Below are positions 32,840 through 43,617 of a stretch of 64,000 nucleotides of DNA, one piece after another. The position numbers and the translations under genes are program-made. The notes beneath the pieces are model-generated. The model searched no databases. It saw only the letters and a list, made by a program, of their open reading frames with translations, and had not been told where the DNA came from. The DNA is taken from assembly GCA_013265495.1 (NCBI GenBank), contig MU063211.1, positions 62,001 to 126,000 of the forward strand. Direction: 5' to 3'. This DNA is from Vicugna vicugna (taxonomy: Eukaryota). Every line of letters begins with the position of its first letter. Within the stretch, counting starts at the first letter, position 1.

Positions 32840-33860
32840 ATGAGTGGGGGGTCCCCGAGACGGCCGTGTGGTCCTGGGCCAGAGGGGGCCGGGCCAGGAA
32901 GTCTCACCCACCGGCTTCTCCACCTGCGGGGAGATCACGTGCGGCCGAGGCCCCTGGGGCCGGGGGGGCAGCAGGGCCCCGTGTCCCCGGCCCCCTCCGT
33001 CCCGCCCAGGATTTCCAGCAGAGTCCCGGCCGGGGTCTGTGGTCCTGGGGGCCTGGAACCCACCTGCCCTGCCCTTAGACCTGGGCCATTGCGCACAGAG
33101 GAGCCGGCTCCTCAGTGCCCCCGGGGCCCCCCTGACAGCGGACAGTGTCACAGCTGCGCCAACCATAGTCCCTCAGAACACGAGGGTCAGAGCGTGAGGA
33201 CCCTGGGGTGAAGACTTCGTCCAGCCACGGTGCCACTGGCGTCTTAGAACCCAGGACAGGAGGGACTGGGCCACTGCCGCTTGGGCCCCACCCCAGCCCT
33301 GATTCCACGTCCCACCAGGTCTTCCCTTAGAGGCTGAGGCTCAGGGAAGAGAGATTTGCCTCCAGCCCCTGTCCCCTGTCAGCCCCCAAGAACACAACTC
33401 TGCACAGCCCCGGGGAGAAGACGGCGGGGGCGCCGGCCTGTGACGGGTCCTGGGCAGGCAGCAAAACCGCCTGGGTCCTCCCCTCCAGGGCCCCACGCCC
33501 GACGCCTGAGCCGCCCCATCGAGTGCGTGCTGGGCCTCCCCGGGTAAAGGAAAGACTAAGGCGGCCCCCCTGCGTGGGCCGTGAGCCCTCCGCAGGCCAG
33601 TCCCGGAAAGCGCGTGCTTTGGAGGTAGTGTGACGTGTCCGTCAAATGAATACGCGAGAGGAATTTCAGGTGTGGCGGGAGGACCCGTGGGAAGTGGGCT
33701 TCGTCCATCCCTCGTATAACCGGGACCCTCTACATGAACTTGCAGAAAGTTCCCCTGGAAGCCAAGTTCAGACATTGCTTAGGAGTTTACCCAGATTCCC
33801 ATCTCCCACGCCTGGAGGCAGAGGCGCCTCTGCTGGGCCCTGAAAACCTCCTTCCGACAG

Positions 33861-33994
33861 GCACCAGTGAGCTCCGGGTAGGCCTCATGGAATTGGAGGG
33901 CAACCGCCAACTTGCCAAGTAGCAGGCGTTCAAGATGGCGAGCGAGGCGGAGACGCGCAGGCTGGTCCTGGGGCCTTTGTCTGGGGCGGGGCAG
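33861..33994 (+). pseudogene. Ficolin pseudo-exon equivalent to FCN2 exon 7
   Basis: cgacag|GCACCAGTGAGCTCCGG (GTSELR). In-frame TAG at 33920-33922 replaces the conserved Tyr of AKY. There is a 1-nt deletion in CTGGGG(G)CC, and the donor reads gcgagg. Confidence 0.9.
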
Positions 33995-34528
33995 GCGAGG
34001 TCTGCACGGGGCGCGGTGGCCTGGGCTGCGGTGCGGCTCCGGGCCCGGGGAGCAGAGGGAGCCCGCTCAGGGTCCCGGCTCTGCCTCTTCTGAGATGGTG
34101 GCGGGCACGGAGCACCGCCAGCGCCTGAATCCACATGATGAGGTGACACGGTGTACTCCCAAGTGCACCCATGAGGGTGATGCGCAAAGCCCAGCAGGCG
34201 GGGGCGTTACTGTTTATCACCAGCCCTGATGAAGACGCGGAAGGATGGCAAGTCGGCACGCCCCCCTGAGGGCTCCCTCCTCCGGCCCTGGGGCTCTGCC
34301 TGAGGAGCGGACGAGCTCCTGGGCCACAGTGGCCCCCATCCGAGTGGAAGGGTGCCCTTAGCCGGCAGCGGCAGACCGATGAGGGGGTCCCAGGGCGACT
34401 GTGTCAGCAGAGGGTGTTCACTGGGGTCGTGGGGGTGGCAGCCCTGGACATGACAGCCCTGCCCTGGACCCAGCACCCAGGACTTCCTAGCCCTGAGTGC
34501 CTGTGGGGCCGCTTTTCCTTCTGAGCAG

Positions 34529-34852
34529 GCGATTCCCTGATGTCCCACAACAACCACGCCTTCTCCACCAAAGACAAAGACACAGACAAAAGTGATGTGA
34601 ACTGTGCGGAGCAGCACCTGGGGCCTGGGGGGACCACAGCCGTCACGAGTCAGCACCTGGGGCCTGGGGGGACCACGGCCGCCACGTGTCAGCACCGGGG
34701 GCCTGGGGGGACAACAGTTGTCACGTGTCGAGCCTGAACGGCCGCTACCTCGCGGAACCCCACAAGACTTTGCAAATGACGTCAACTGGAGGTCGGGGAA
34801 AGGGCCCAACCACAGCTACAAGTGGTAGGAGGTGAAGGTGCGGGCCACCTAG
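34529..34852 (+). pseudogene. Ficolin terminal pseudo-exon equivalent to FCN2 exon 8
   Basis: gagcag|GCGATTCCCTG (GDSL). It contains a 3x39-bp triplication, frameshifts and a premature TAG at 34826-34828; the ancestral-position stop is TAG at 34850-34852. Confidence 0.92.
34612..34728 (+). repeat. 3 x 39-bp tandem repeat inside the ficolin terminal pseudo-exon
   Basis: Units at 34612-34650, 34651-34689 and 34690-34728: cagcacc(t/g)gggg(g)cctggggggac(c/a)ac..(c/t)g(t/c)cacg(a/t)gt. Confidence 0.95.
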
Positions 34853-35918
34853 GCTGGCCAGGGCCAGTGGGGGCAGCTGGTCCAGAGCCCTCCCCAGGAA
34901 GGGACCGCGGGGCGCTGCACCACCATCCCCGTGGGAGCGGAAGAGTTGAGCCCTGTTCCCTGGCGTGCCCTCCCTTCCTGGAGGGCGCGCGTCTCACCCC
35001 GGAGCCCGTCCCCCCTTGCTCCTCGTGCTGGCGCTCAGCCAGGGCAGGACAGAGCGGGGCGGGCCTGGGGAGCGGGTGCAGGGGAGGACGGCCCTTCCTG
35101 CCCCCGGAACCTGAGAGCGGGGCCAAAGCGCGCCCCTCCAGGGCCCGGGGGGGCCCCACGGCGGAACAGTCGTCTTTGTCCTTTTGCGGACCTGGGGCGA
35201 TGACAGTGCCCGGATGGGTGTGGGAGCTCGTCACTGAGCGTGTGCGTCGCTCCTCCCACTCCGGCCCTGGGTTTGATGCGCAAACTTCTAGGGCAGCAAA
35301 GAGCCCACGACACCCCAGGGCCCACAGTCGGGGGTGATCAGGTGCGGGGGCTCCCCCATGTGCCGCCCCCCCCCGCCCGCTGCACCTCCCTTTCACAGAG
35401 GCCGCGCCTCCAGCGGAGGAGACAGTGCCCACCGGCGCAGCTGGGAAGGCAGCCGGAGCTTCAGCCCGCGCCTCGACCTTTCAGGCCTGAAGGATTCTCC
35501 TGGAAGGACCCTCCCCTCCAGAAACCTTGATTTCTTAAGTGCTGCGCTGTTACCGTAGGGGCAGAGCTGCACCGCCGGCCGCGGAGGCGTGCTCAGCGCG
35601 GCCGGCCTGAAACTGCTTCAGCGGTAGCTTAGAACCTGCGTAACCGGGAGCTGGGCTAGGAGCTTTTTCTTTTTCAAACGATTTTGGTAAGTATTTAATT
35701 TGAGCCTTGCTGTAATTTATTTATAAATACTCCTTTGCTTTCAGGACTTGCCAAGACTTATTTTTTAAGTGTTTATAGAAATGCGGCCAAAGGTCACTGG
35801 GGCAGCAAGGGGCTGGTGGAACCAACCGCCTGCGGCAATGAAGCCCCTTGTATTACACGTGCACGTGCATCGGACACACGCGGGGGCCACCGGAGGACAG
35901 ACGACCTTGGTGGGGGGA

Positions 35919-36125
35919 GTCCGTGGGCGTGGGCGTCGCCCGCCCCTCCCCAGCTGGCCCAGACCTCCTCCCAGCAGCCTCTGCCTGCTTCCAGGACTGC
36001 CCTCCACGGCCCAGGCGCCTTCCCCCAGGCTGGGCCATGGCTGCTCTGTCGAGGGTGTTGGGAGCTGGGGCACAGGACAGGAGGACACGAGGCAGGAGGG
36101 CGGCACCCCCTGGAGAGGGCAGGGC
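35919..36125 (+). repeat. Copy A of a diverged direct repeat (copy B at 52006-52359)
   Basis: gtccgtgggcgtgggcgtcgcccgcccctccccagctggccc... aligns collinearly with gaccgtggacatgggcatcacctgcccctccacagctggccc... Confidence 0.85.
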
Positions 36126-37053
36126 CCCAGCGGAGGCTCTGCTTCCTCGTGCCCAGGGTGTGCCCTGTGGGGTCAGAGCCGGAGCCAGCCTGTCAGCCTC
36201 CTTTGTGTCAGAGCCCATGAGGGATGCTGGCTCCCTCCGTCTCTCTCCTGGCCTGAGGAGCGTCACCCTCTCCCTCCAAGAAAGCTGAAGTTTGGGAGCT
36301 GTGGCTGGCCCCAGACCCTGGAACCAGCATGACACTCTTGCCCCAGCCCACCACAACCCACTTATCTCAGTCCCTTCCCCTCCTCTTCACCACGAGGTTA
36401 CAAGCTGTCCCAACGATCCAACGCCTTGAGGGCGATTTACAAGAAAAGGACTTGGAAGGGGCCACCTGGTCACCTTCAGGCTCAGTTGGGTCCAGGTGGA
36501 GCACGAGGCTGCTCACCAGAAATGGGACACTTGTTTTGCTTTTTGGCTGCATTAATGAAGGCATAGCGTCTAGAATGAGGGAGGGGAGAGCCATGCTCCT
36601 CTCTGCACAGGCCAAACCACACCTGTGCCCTGGGGTCTGAGTTTTGCACTTTGTAGCACTAAGGAGGGGGCACGCCTAGGAATGGGAGCAAAGAGCTGGA
36701 AATGACACTGGGAGAAGTGGCTGAAAGTGGGAGAGTCCAGCCCGCTTCAGAGGGGGAGCTGTGTGTGTGGGACAGTGACCCCATCCCCGGAGGACTGTGG
36801 TTGCCCGAGGACCTCAGGCTCAGCCCCCCATCCTTTCATCCCTCTGCACACAAGGTGCCTTCTGCCCTAAGTTTTCTGTCCTCTCCCAGCCCCCATGATC
36901 AGGAAGAGCAGGGGGCCCCTTGTCCTGGTCACCCTGGGTCCTCCAGGTTTCAGCACCAAACTTCCCACGTCCTGGGAAACCCCTCAGTCCTGGACAAACC
37001 AGGATGGTTGATCACCCCGAGAGGAGGCTCAGTGGCCATTAAGACTGCAGCCT

Positions 37054-37140
37054 GGGGGGGGGTGTAGCTCAGTGGTAGAGCACGTGCTTAGTGTGCATGA
37101 GGTCCGGGGCTCAATCCCCAGTACCTCCAACAAGAAACAA
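37054..37140 (+). mobile_element. tRNA(Ala)-derived SINE (camelid Vic-type), tail truncated
   Basis: ggggg..tgtagctcagtggtagagcacgtgcttagtgtgcatgaggtccggggctcaatccccagtacctcca, with A-box and B-box-like motifs and an A-rich tail. Confidence 0.75.
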
Positions 37141-37198
37141 TTGTAACCCAGTCATTAGCAACGGAGGAAAACCCCAAACCTGGACCCTCTCTTCTCAA

Positions 37199-37313
37199 GG
37201 CCGGGTGGTGGGGGGGGTTCTTTTCTTAGTTAATGAAGAAAGACAAAGCCGAGACAGGGCCGGGCGGGGGGGGGGGCTTCTTTTCTTAGTTAATGAAGAA
37301 AGACAAAGCCGAG
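37199..37313. repeat. Tandem duplication with 60-bp period anchored on poly-G
   Basis: ggccggg..(G)n.ttcttttcttagttaatgaagaaagacaaagccgag occurs twice. Confidence 0.9.
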
Positions 37314-37630
37314 CTCTGACCCCACCCCCCACCTCGCAGAGTGCCTACCGGCTGCAGAGCCCCCTCTGGTGCGCAGGTGAGTTTATTCCCACCGTGAAGG
37401 AGGGCCCGGTCTGGCCGGGGGAACGAGGCGTCTCCCCGTGGTGCCCCTCACACGTCGTCAGCGAAAGGCTCGTGCAGACGGGCGCCCTGTGTTTCTTCTA
37501 GACCCGGCCTGAGGTTCAGGTCCTTCAAGGAGTCGGGACTCCGTCACCTCCCGCTGCCTGCCCGGCCTGGCTGGCTTCCACGTGTAAGTGCAAACACGGA
37601 CGGAGCGGCTCTGTTAGGTAGTCCGTCTGT

Positions 37631-38303
37631 TACTGAGGTACACAGTTGGTTCACAACGTTGTGCCAGTTCCTGGTGCGCAGCACAGCGATTCAGTTGTAC
37701 GCGTGTGTATTCTTTCCCATTACAGGTTATTCCCAGGTGTGGGATGCAGTTCCCTGTGCTGCGCAGCAGGACCTTGCCGTCCGCCCGTTTTACGTGTCGT
37801 AGTTCGTCTCTGCTCATCCAAGCTCCTAACTCATTCCTCTTCCTCTCCCCCCTCAGTTGTAAGTTTGTTCTCTGTGTCTGTGAGTCTGTTTCTGTTTTAT
37901 AAATAAGTTCACTTGCACCAAGTTTTAGACTCCACGTATGTATGATCTCACGGTGTTTGTCTTTCTCTGTCTGGCTCACTTCACTTAGTGTGACCATCTC
38001 TGGGTCCACCCAGTTGCTGCAAGTGGCATTACTTTATTCTTTCTTATGGCTGAGGAGTATTCCATTGTATGTATGTATAGCCAGACCTTCTTTATCCCGT
38101 CATCTGTCTGGACTCTGAGGTTTCTTCCATGTCTTGGCCATTGTAAACAGTGCTGCTGTGAACACTGGGGTGCACGTGTCTTTTCAGATTAGAGTTCCCT
38201 CCGGATGTATGCCCGGGAGCGGGGCTGCCGGACCACAGGGTGAGTCTGTGTTCAGCTGTTGCAGGATTCTCCATGCTGTTTTCTGTAACGGCTGCACCCG
38301 TAC
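37631..38303 (-). mobile_element. LINE-1 3'-end fragment (ORF2 end and 3'UTR), antisense
   Basis: The minus-strand ORF reads MDPEMVTLSEVSQTEKDK, typical of an L1 3' end; the + strand shows the hallmark ttcttatggctgaggagtattccattgtatg...ttggccattgtaaacagtgctgc. Confidence 0.9.
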
Positions 38304-40779
38304 GGATGGCAGATTGACAGAGGTCACGCAGCCCCTTGTGGGACTGGCCCCTGAAACCCTGGCACCTTCTCCCAGCGCAGAGCCCCCAGGCCCCCGGCCC
38401 ACCCACGTGTGCCCTGCGCTGCAGTGTGACGGCGGCTTGTCCCAGCAGCTGTCGCACACCGCCGTCCGATGCAGAACTGGCGTCAGAGGGGCAGTGCCAC
38501 TGCGGCAAGGGCGAACCCCACGGCACCAGCCTGGCGGCCGGAGCGGGCGCTGGAGCGCCAGCGAGTTTTGCTTGCTCAGGGCGCTGCTCCTGGTGACTGG
38601 GAAGGCGGGTCCCCAGAGCACGCTCCGCAGGGCCGGGGAGAGAGCCTGCAAATGCGCGCCTTCAGCGGCGTGGGTCTGTCGGTGCTGGCTGTGGAGGGGG
38701 GGGGCGTCACAAGGAGAGGAGCTTAGGGAAGAGCTGAGCCGCCTGCAGGCAGGAAACAGTGAGCCCGGGAGTCTGAGGTCGTACGAGGCTGGAAAACCCC
38801 TGGGCATTTCCGGACGCCAAACAGCAAGAGGCGGAACTTTCTTCTAAAGCCGTCGAGTTCCAAAGACCGGCGAAGTATTTTCTGGAACAGAGCGACTCAG
38901 CCTTGGAAATAGGACAGATCCTTTCTGCCCGAGCTGGAGGCTCTAGGCAGGCCTCCCTGACTTGACGGATGCAGGGAGACGTGGAGGTAAAGTGGTACGA
39001 AGCGCAGTGCGCGCCGTATCGCCGACAGGCGGAGCCGGACGGCTGGGGGTCTGCTTCCCAGGTCCCCGCGGGGCGGACCCGCCACCCACTCTCCGCACGG
39101 CTGTGACAAGCTCCTACGGTACCGCGGCCCTGAGATACGAAGGCTGCGTGGTAAATGGTCAGCGGTCGCTTACCTTTACAAAGAGGAGGCTTCCGTGAGG
39201 CACGGGGTGTGGGGAGGGGCCGAGGACACCCGCGCTCTCGTGCTCCCCCCAAACGCCCACCCCGGGCTTCCAGCCCACGTCGCCTCCTGCCAGTTTCCCC
39301 CAGTTTCTTCAGCCCACCTTGAGCTGCTCGCCGTGCTCGGCATTGTCACAGTGACTAATCAGACATACGCGTGGGGGCGGCCAGTTATCTGATTCCTGGA
39401 GCTGCACAGGAGGCTGCACAGCCCGCCCGCCCACCCCAGTATGTGGCAGAAGTCCCAGCCGGGAAGCCAGGAGAGCCAGGAGCCATCTGGAAGCGTCCAT
39501 CTGTCCCAAGGGAGCGACCCCCCCCCACCAGAATCCTGCGCCTGCCACGATGACAGGGCTGTTCTAAATTGTACTTGGGGTTGAAATATAAATCATCAAA
39601 TCTCAGAACTGGAACCACGGCGCAGCTGGCCCGGCTCAGGCTTTCGCGCAGAGCAAGAACCAGCACCTGCACAGCCCCGGACGGCCGCCCGTCCTGGCTC
39701 CTCTTAACGACAAGGATGCTCACGGCCGCCGTGGACAACTGACCAGCGCAGCGGGGCAGGTGCCCAACCTCAGCAGCGCCCCCTCGTGGAGCTCAGCCCC
39801 ACGTCTCCGCAGAGCTCCTCCTCGGAGTGGGCCGAGAGCCCGCGCGGCAGGATGGCCAGGCTGCCTGCCCGCTAGCCCCAGAAAGGCCTATGTCAGCAGG
39901 TGGCCGAGACGGGGCCCAGGACGGAAGGCATCTTCAGAAAACAAAGCCACACCAAGCAAAGGCCGTGCCGATGTGACCCTGTGCAGCCCTCGGTGCACAA
40001 GCAGGGAGCTAAGTGGAACCTTCTGAGTCTGAGACGCTCAGGCGTCCTGAGCGGTCTGGGCGACTTCTGGCCCCTCAGCTGATAACCCGTCTGGCTCTGC
40101 AGCTCCCGCGTCCCTGGGATGGCACCGAAACGTGCCCCCCGCAGCCCTGCTGTCTCCTTCCCGCAAGCTCTGCTCTGAGGTCACCCAACTGCACCCTCAG
40201 CCCTGAAACGAGCGCCACAGCGGCTTCCGGGCCAGGATGTCCCCGAACCACCTGCGGGAGCACTTCCAGTGTAGACGCGGGGGCCTGTCCCTGACCCACG
40301 AAACCAAAATCTCAGTGGGCGACGCCTAGAAACTGTGGGTTTTGGAGCCTCCTGTTGACTCTGACGATGAGCCGTGGAGCGTGTCAAGCGGGCAGAGGTG
40401 GCAGCCGAGCCCGCCCGCCCCACGCCCAGGCTTCCAGGGGCCGCAGTCCCCCGTCCGCTCCTCGGCCACTGCTCAGGGCACAGGCAGGAGCGACCCGGTC
40501 AAAGGGGAGCCAAGAAGCACCGCATCAGGGTCCAGTCAGCACGGCGACCGGCTACACACCTGAACTCGCTTCGTGGCGAGGGGCCCTGTGACTCCAGCCT
40601 TTCGTGTGCAGCGTCTGCGCTAAAGACGCGTGCGCCCTCTGTGGATTGCCGTGCTTGTGGGAAAGCACTTCTACGAGACCCCACAGACAGAGCAAGCCGT
40701 GGAGGCAGGTGTGTCCGAACTGCAAAGTCCTGGGCAGGAGACAGCGGTCAGAAGAGAGGTGCTTAGGAGGACGGTCATC

Positions 40780-41460
40780 TCTGCAAACGAATGCTAAGTC
40801 AGCTCTTAAGAAACGCCAAGTGTGCCAACTCTGGGAGCGAGGGAAAGTGGCACCATCGCAGGCCAGAGCTCCTGGCTCTCGCTCCCGGGAGCGACGGTGC
40901 AGGCCGCGGGCGCCGGACTCCCTCCGGGGGCGGGCGCACGGCGCGCAGCGCTCAGGGGCGCTACGGTGCGGGAGTCCGGGCAGCTTGGCAGAGGAAAGGG
41001 CTGTATCACCGAACTGGAATAGAGGTAAACAGAAAATACCCAGACGGAGTGTGGAGGGGGGAGAGGAAAGGATAAAAACAGAAAATGGGTCAGAGACGTG
41101 GGACCCGGGGGCAACCTGCTCCCGTGCGTAACAGGGCTTTGAGAGAGGTGAGAGAACGGACAGGTTCAAAGACGCTCTCACCCAGGCGCATCACAGCAAC
41201 CACCGCGGCAGAGGGACATCCGATGCAAAGCCGAGGGGAAGCCGTGCACCCTTCAGAGGAGCGGATTTTCTGCTGAAATCGTGGAATCTGGAAGCCCTGG
41301 ACATGCGTGCTGGAAGTGCTGACAGAGACTGTCGCCAGCCTAGCATGTTTATGCCCCGTGAAAACGCTTTGAAGGTGACGTGAAATAAAGATGTTTCCAA
41401 ACACAAAAATGGACAGAACTCATCACCGACAGACCCGAGAGAAAAATAATTATGAAATGA
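40780..41460 (+). mobile_element. Decayed LINE-1 ORF1 remnant, GC-shifted
   Basis: gaactggaatagaggtaaacagaaaatacccagac... and gtgaaataaagatgtttccaaacacaaaaatg...tcatcaccgacagaccc resemble the L1 ORF1 C-terminal GEIK.F....L.EFIT.RP region. Confidence 0.65.
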
Positions 41461-42779
41461 AAGCGGGGCTCCGGGCAGCGGGGAAGTGGTCCCAGGCTGG
41501 GGAAGAGATGGAAGCAGGACCGGGGGTCCCGTGAAGAGTGAGAACGAGCTGCGCTGAGAAGCGCGTGGGCGCAGCAGGCTCGGGAGAGCGGTGTCCCGCC
41601 TGGTGACGTGCGTGCGGACACAGGGGCACAGGGGCAGGGGGGCACTGAGCTGACAGGGGCTGATAGACCTTCCTGGTCGAGAAGGCCCCGTTTCTCTCGG
41701 GCCGTAAGAAGACAGGGATGGACGGGGCGGATGAGCACACAGGGCTAGGGGAAGGGTGTCCACTTCACCAACCCACGGGGGGAGGCGGGACAGTAAACAC
41801 AGTCATGGACAGGACACAGGGCGAGGAGAGCAGGGCTGGGCGCACACGCGCCCTCGCTGACGCCTGGCAGGGAGCCCCGCCTCCCCTCCTGCTCGGGGGA
41901 GCCTGCGCCCGGATGCTTGGAGGAGCCCCCCATCTGAGCTCCCCCAGCAGCCAGGGCGCACCTGTTCCAGCCACCACTGAGCTGCGGTGATCTGAGTTGG
42001 CGAGGCGCTGGCCTTTGGGAAAAAGTTTGCTTTTCACAATTGATGCCCGGCTTCTGGAAGCTACAGAGGCAGAGCCTCAGCTCCTCCCAGCCTCTTACGT
42101 TTGGCTGGCAGAGCCCTTTCCACGTAAGCCCTGTGGATCTTAGCAACGGCCTTTGAAAACCACACATCTAACTCGTTAAACCTTCAGCACTTTGAATTGC
42201 AAAAGTAAGTGCAATATATTCAAATTGCTTCTCAGCCGTTTCGATGGTCGGATGGACAAAACCTTCTCGGTATGAGTTAGCTTTTAGCAATCTAGTGATT
42301 TCGCTGAGAAATGCGACAGGCCCAGAATTTCTTACATGTTCCAATGCTGCACCTGAACGCACTAAGCTTTCCAGGTAACGTCGCAAGACCAAGTCAACCA
42401 GTTAAGGACATATTTAAATCGGATTCAAGAGCCTTTGTGTGCAACAGGCCAAATTCCTCACACGTCGTAAGGCTATGAGATACCAGACCTGTCTGGATTT
42501 CTTCACGTGGAAGTCGTAAGTCTGTGGCTTTTACCGTATTAGCCATTTCAGACGTACAAGTCCTCCTGGGTTTATAAGGTGCCTACCTACTGAGGAAGGA
42601 CGGTGCAGTTCCGACGAGCAGAATTTACTTCTGACGAGAGACTGTGGCGGGGGCGTGGTGGGGTCTGGCCGGCCCCAGGTGGGCTGAGGGAGCCTCTCCT
42701 CAGTTACTGAGTCAACGGCCGTGGGCGTCAGGAAAAGATGTGTGCAGCCCGCGTCTCTGGATCCAGGACATGCACTTTC

Positions 42780-43060
42780 TTTAAAAGTAGTTATAAAATT
42801 GTGAACGTAACCTGCACACGGTGTATAAAATGAAAAGTACACCACAGGTATTTTTGTCACCACGCGCCCAGCATGCTTGTCACCGCCACCCAGGAGAAGA
42901 AATGGGACGTGACTGGACCCCCAAAGGCCATCCCTTCTGGGTCGCCACCCTGCCCCACCCCAAATGCAATCGCTTTCTTGTTTTCCTGGTACCCGTTTAC
43001 CACCTTCGTAGGCATCCCAAATACTGCAGGTCATTTTCAGTCTGAGAACAATTTCGCATG
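42780..43060 (-). mobile_element. Old L1M/L1ME 3' fragment, antisense
   Basis: caccgccacccaggagaagaaatgggacgtgactggacccccaaaggcc... resembles recalled L1ME 3'UTR sequence. Confidence 0.5.
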
Positions 43061-43189
43061 AAGTGACGCCAAGAGCATACACTCCCTGAACGCAGCCCCC
43101 GCCCCAGCTGCTGCGCTGGCGTCCGCCAGCCTGGGTGTGGCCGTTCTAGTGACGGGGGACGGACCTGACTCCACGCTGGACCCGCTCCT

Positions 43190-43617
43190 TCTGCTTTAAC
43201 CTTTGTGCGCTATTGCTTGTTAATCTTTAAAAGGGTGTTGCCTCTAAGCTTAAATTACACACAACGACCCATCTCTGGGACCCCTGCCCCCAGGCAAAGA
43301 GCATTAAGCTAAAATGCCTTCTTTTCGCTCACAGGAAGCCTCCTGAGCAGGCCCGCCTGGGACTGACTGCGGGGAGGAGGCAGTCGGCACAGGCCCTCCG
43401 GAGGGCGACGGACACAGGGATGTTTGACTTTACTCCCTCCCCTTTCAGTGTAAAAGAAACCCGAATTCTACCTCAGGCAAGATGGCTCTTTGGGACACGA
43501 GTCCACCATCTTCTCGGTCTGCTGGCTTTCCGAATAAAGTCGCTAGTCCTTGTCCCAACAACGTGTCTCTTGATTTGTTGCCATGCAGTGAGCAGCGCGA
43601 GCCTGGCCTTGGTAGCA
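43190..43617 (+). mobile_element. Solo ERV1-class LTR (MER34/MER39-like); 5' boundary uncertain
   Basis: gggacacgagtccaccatcttctcggtctgctggctttccgAATAAAgtc...gagcagcgcgagcctggccttggtagca is a typical R/U5 end. Confidence 0.7.

Larger units (their letters stand above)
32714..34852 (+). pseudogene. FCN2: Ficolin (FCN1/FCN2-type) pseudogene: fibrinogen-like domain exons. The FCN2 symbol rests on position and orientation only.
   Basis: Three recognisable exons translate to [18 protein letters not shown]...PLTVL/DMDTDGGGWT, GTSELRV...GNRQLAK*QAFKMASEAE..RLVLG and GDSLMSHNNHAFSTKDKD...NCAEQ...CHVSSLNGRYL...FANDVNWRSGKGPNHSYK. They carry multiple disabling lesions, and the locus is syntenic with the human COL5A1-FCN2 arrangement. 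Confidence 0.93.

Noticed and set aside
34612-34728. CRISPR-like appearance of short direct repeats (also 16299, 53565)
   Set aside because: This is eukaryotic DNA, the units are contiguous without unique spacers, and there are no cas genes.
37054-37129. Possible tRNA-Ala gene
   Set aside because: The anticodon and T-arms are degenerate, it has an A-rich tail, and a related copy with a SINE tail lies at 48514, so it is called a SINE.
39909-39942. GPRTEGIFRK, resembling the RhoGAP (TAGAP/ARHGAP20) arginine-finger motif
   Set aside because: Similarity is limited to about 10 residues, the flanks do not continue the domain and no other RhoGAP exons were found. A tblastn hit extending beyond the motif would reopen it.
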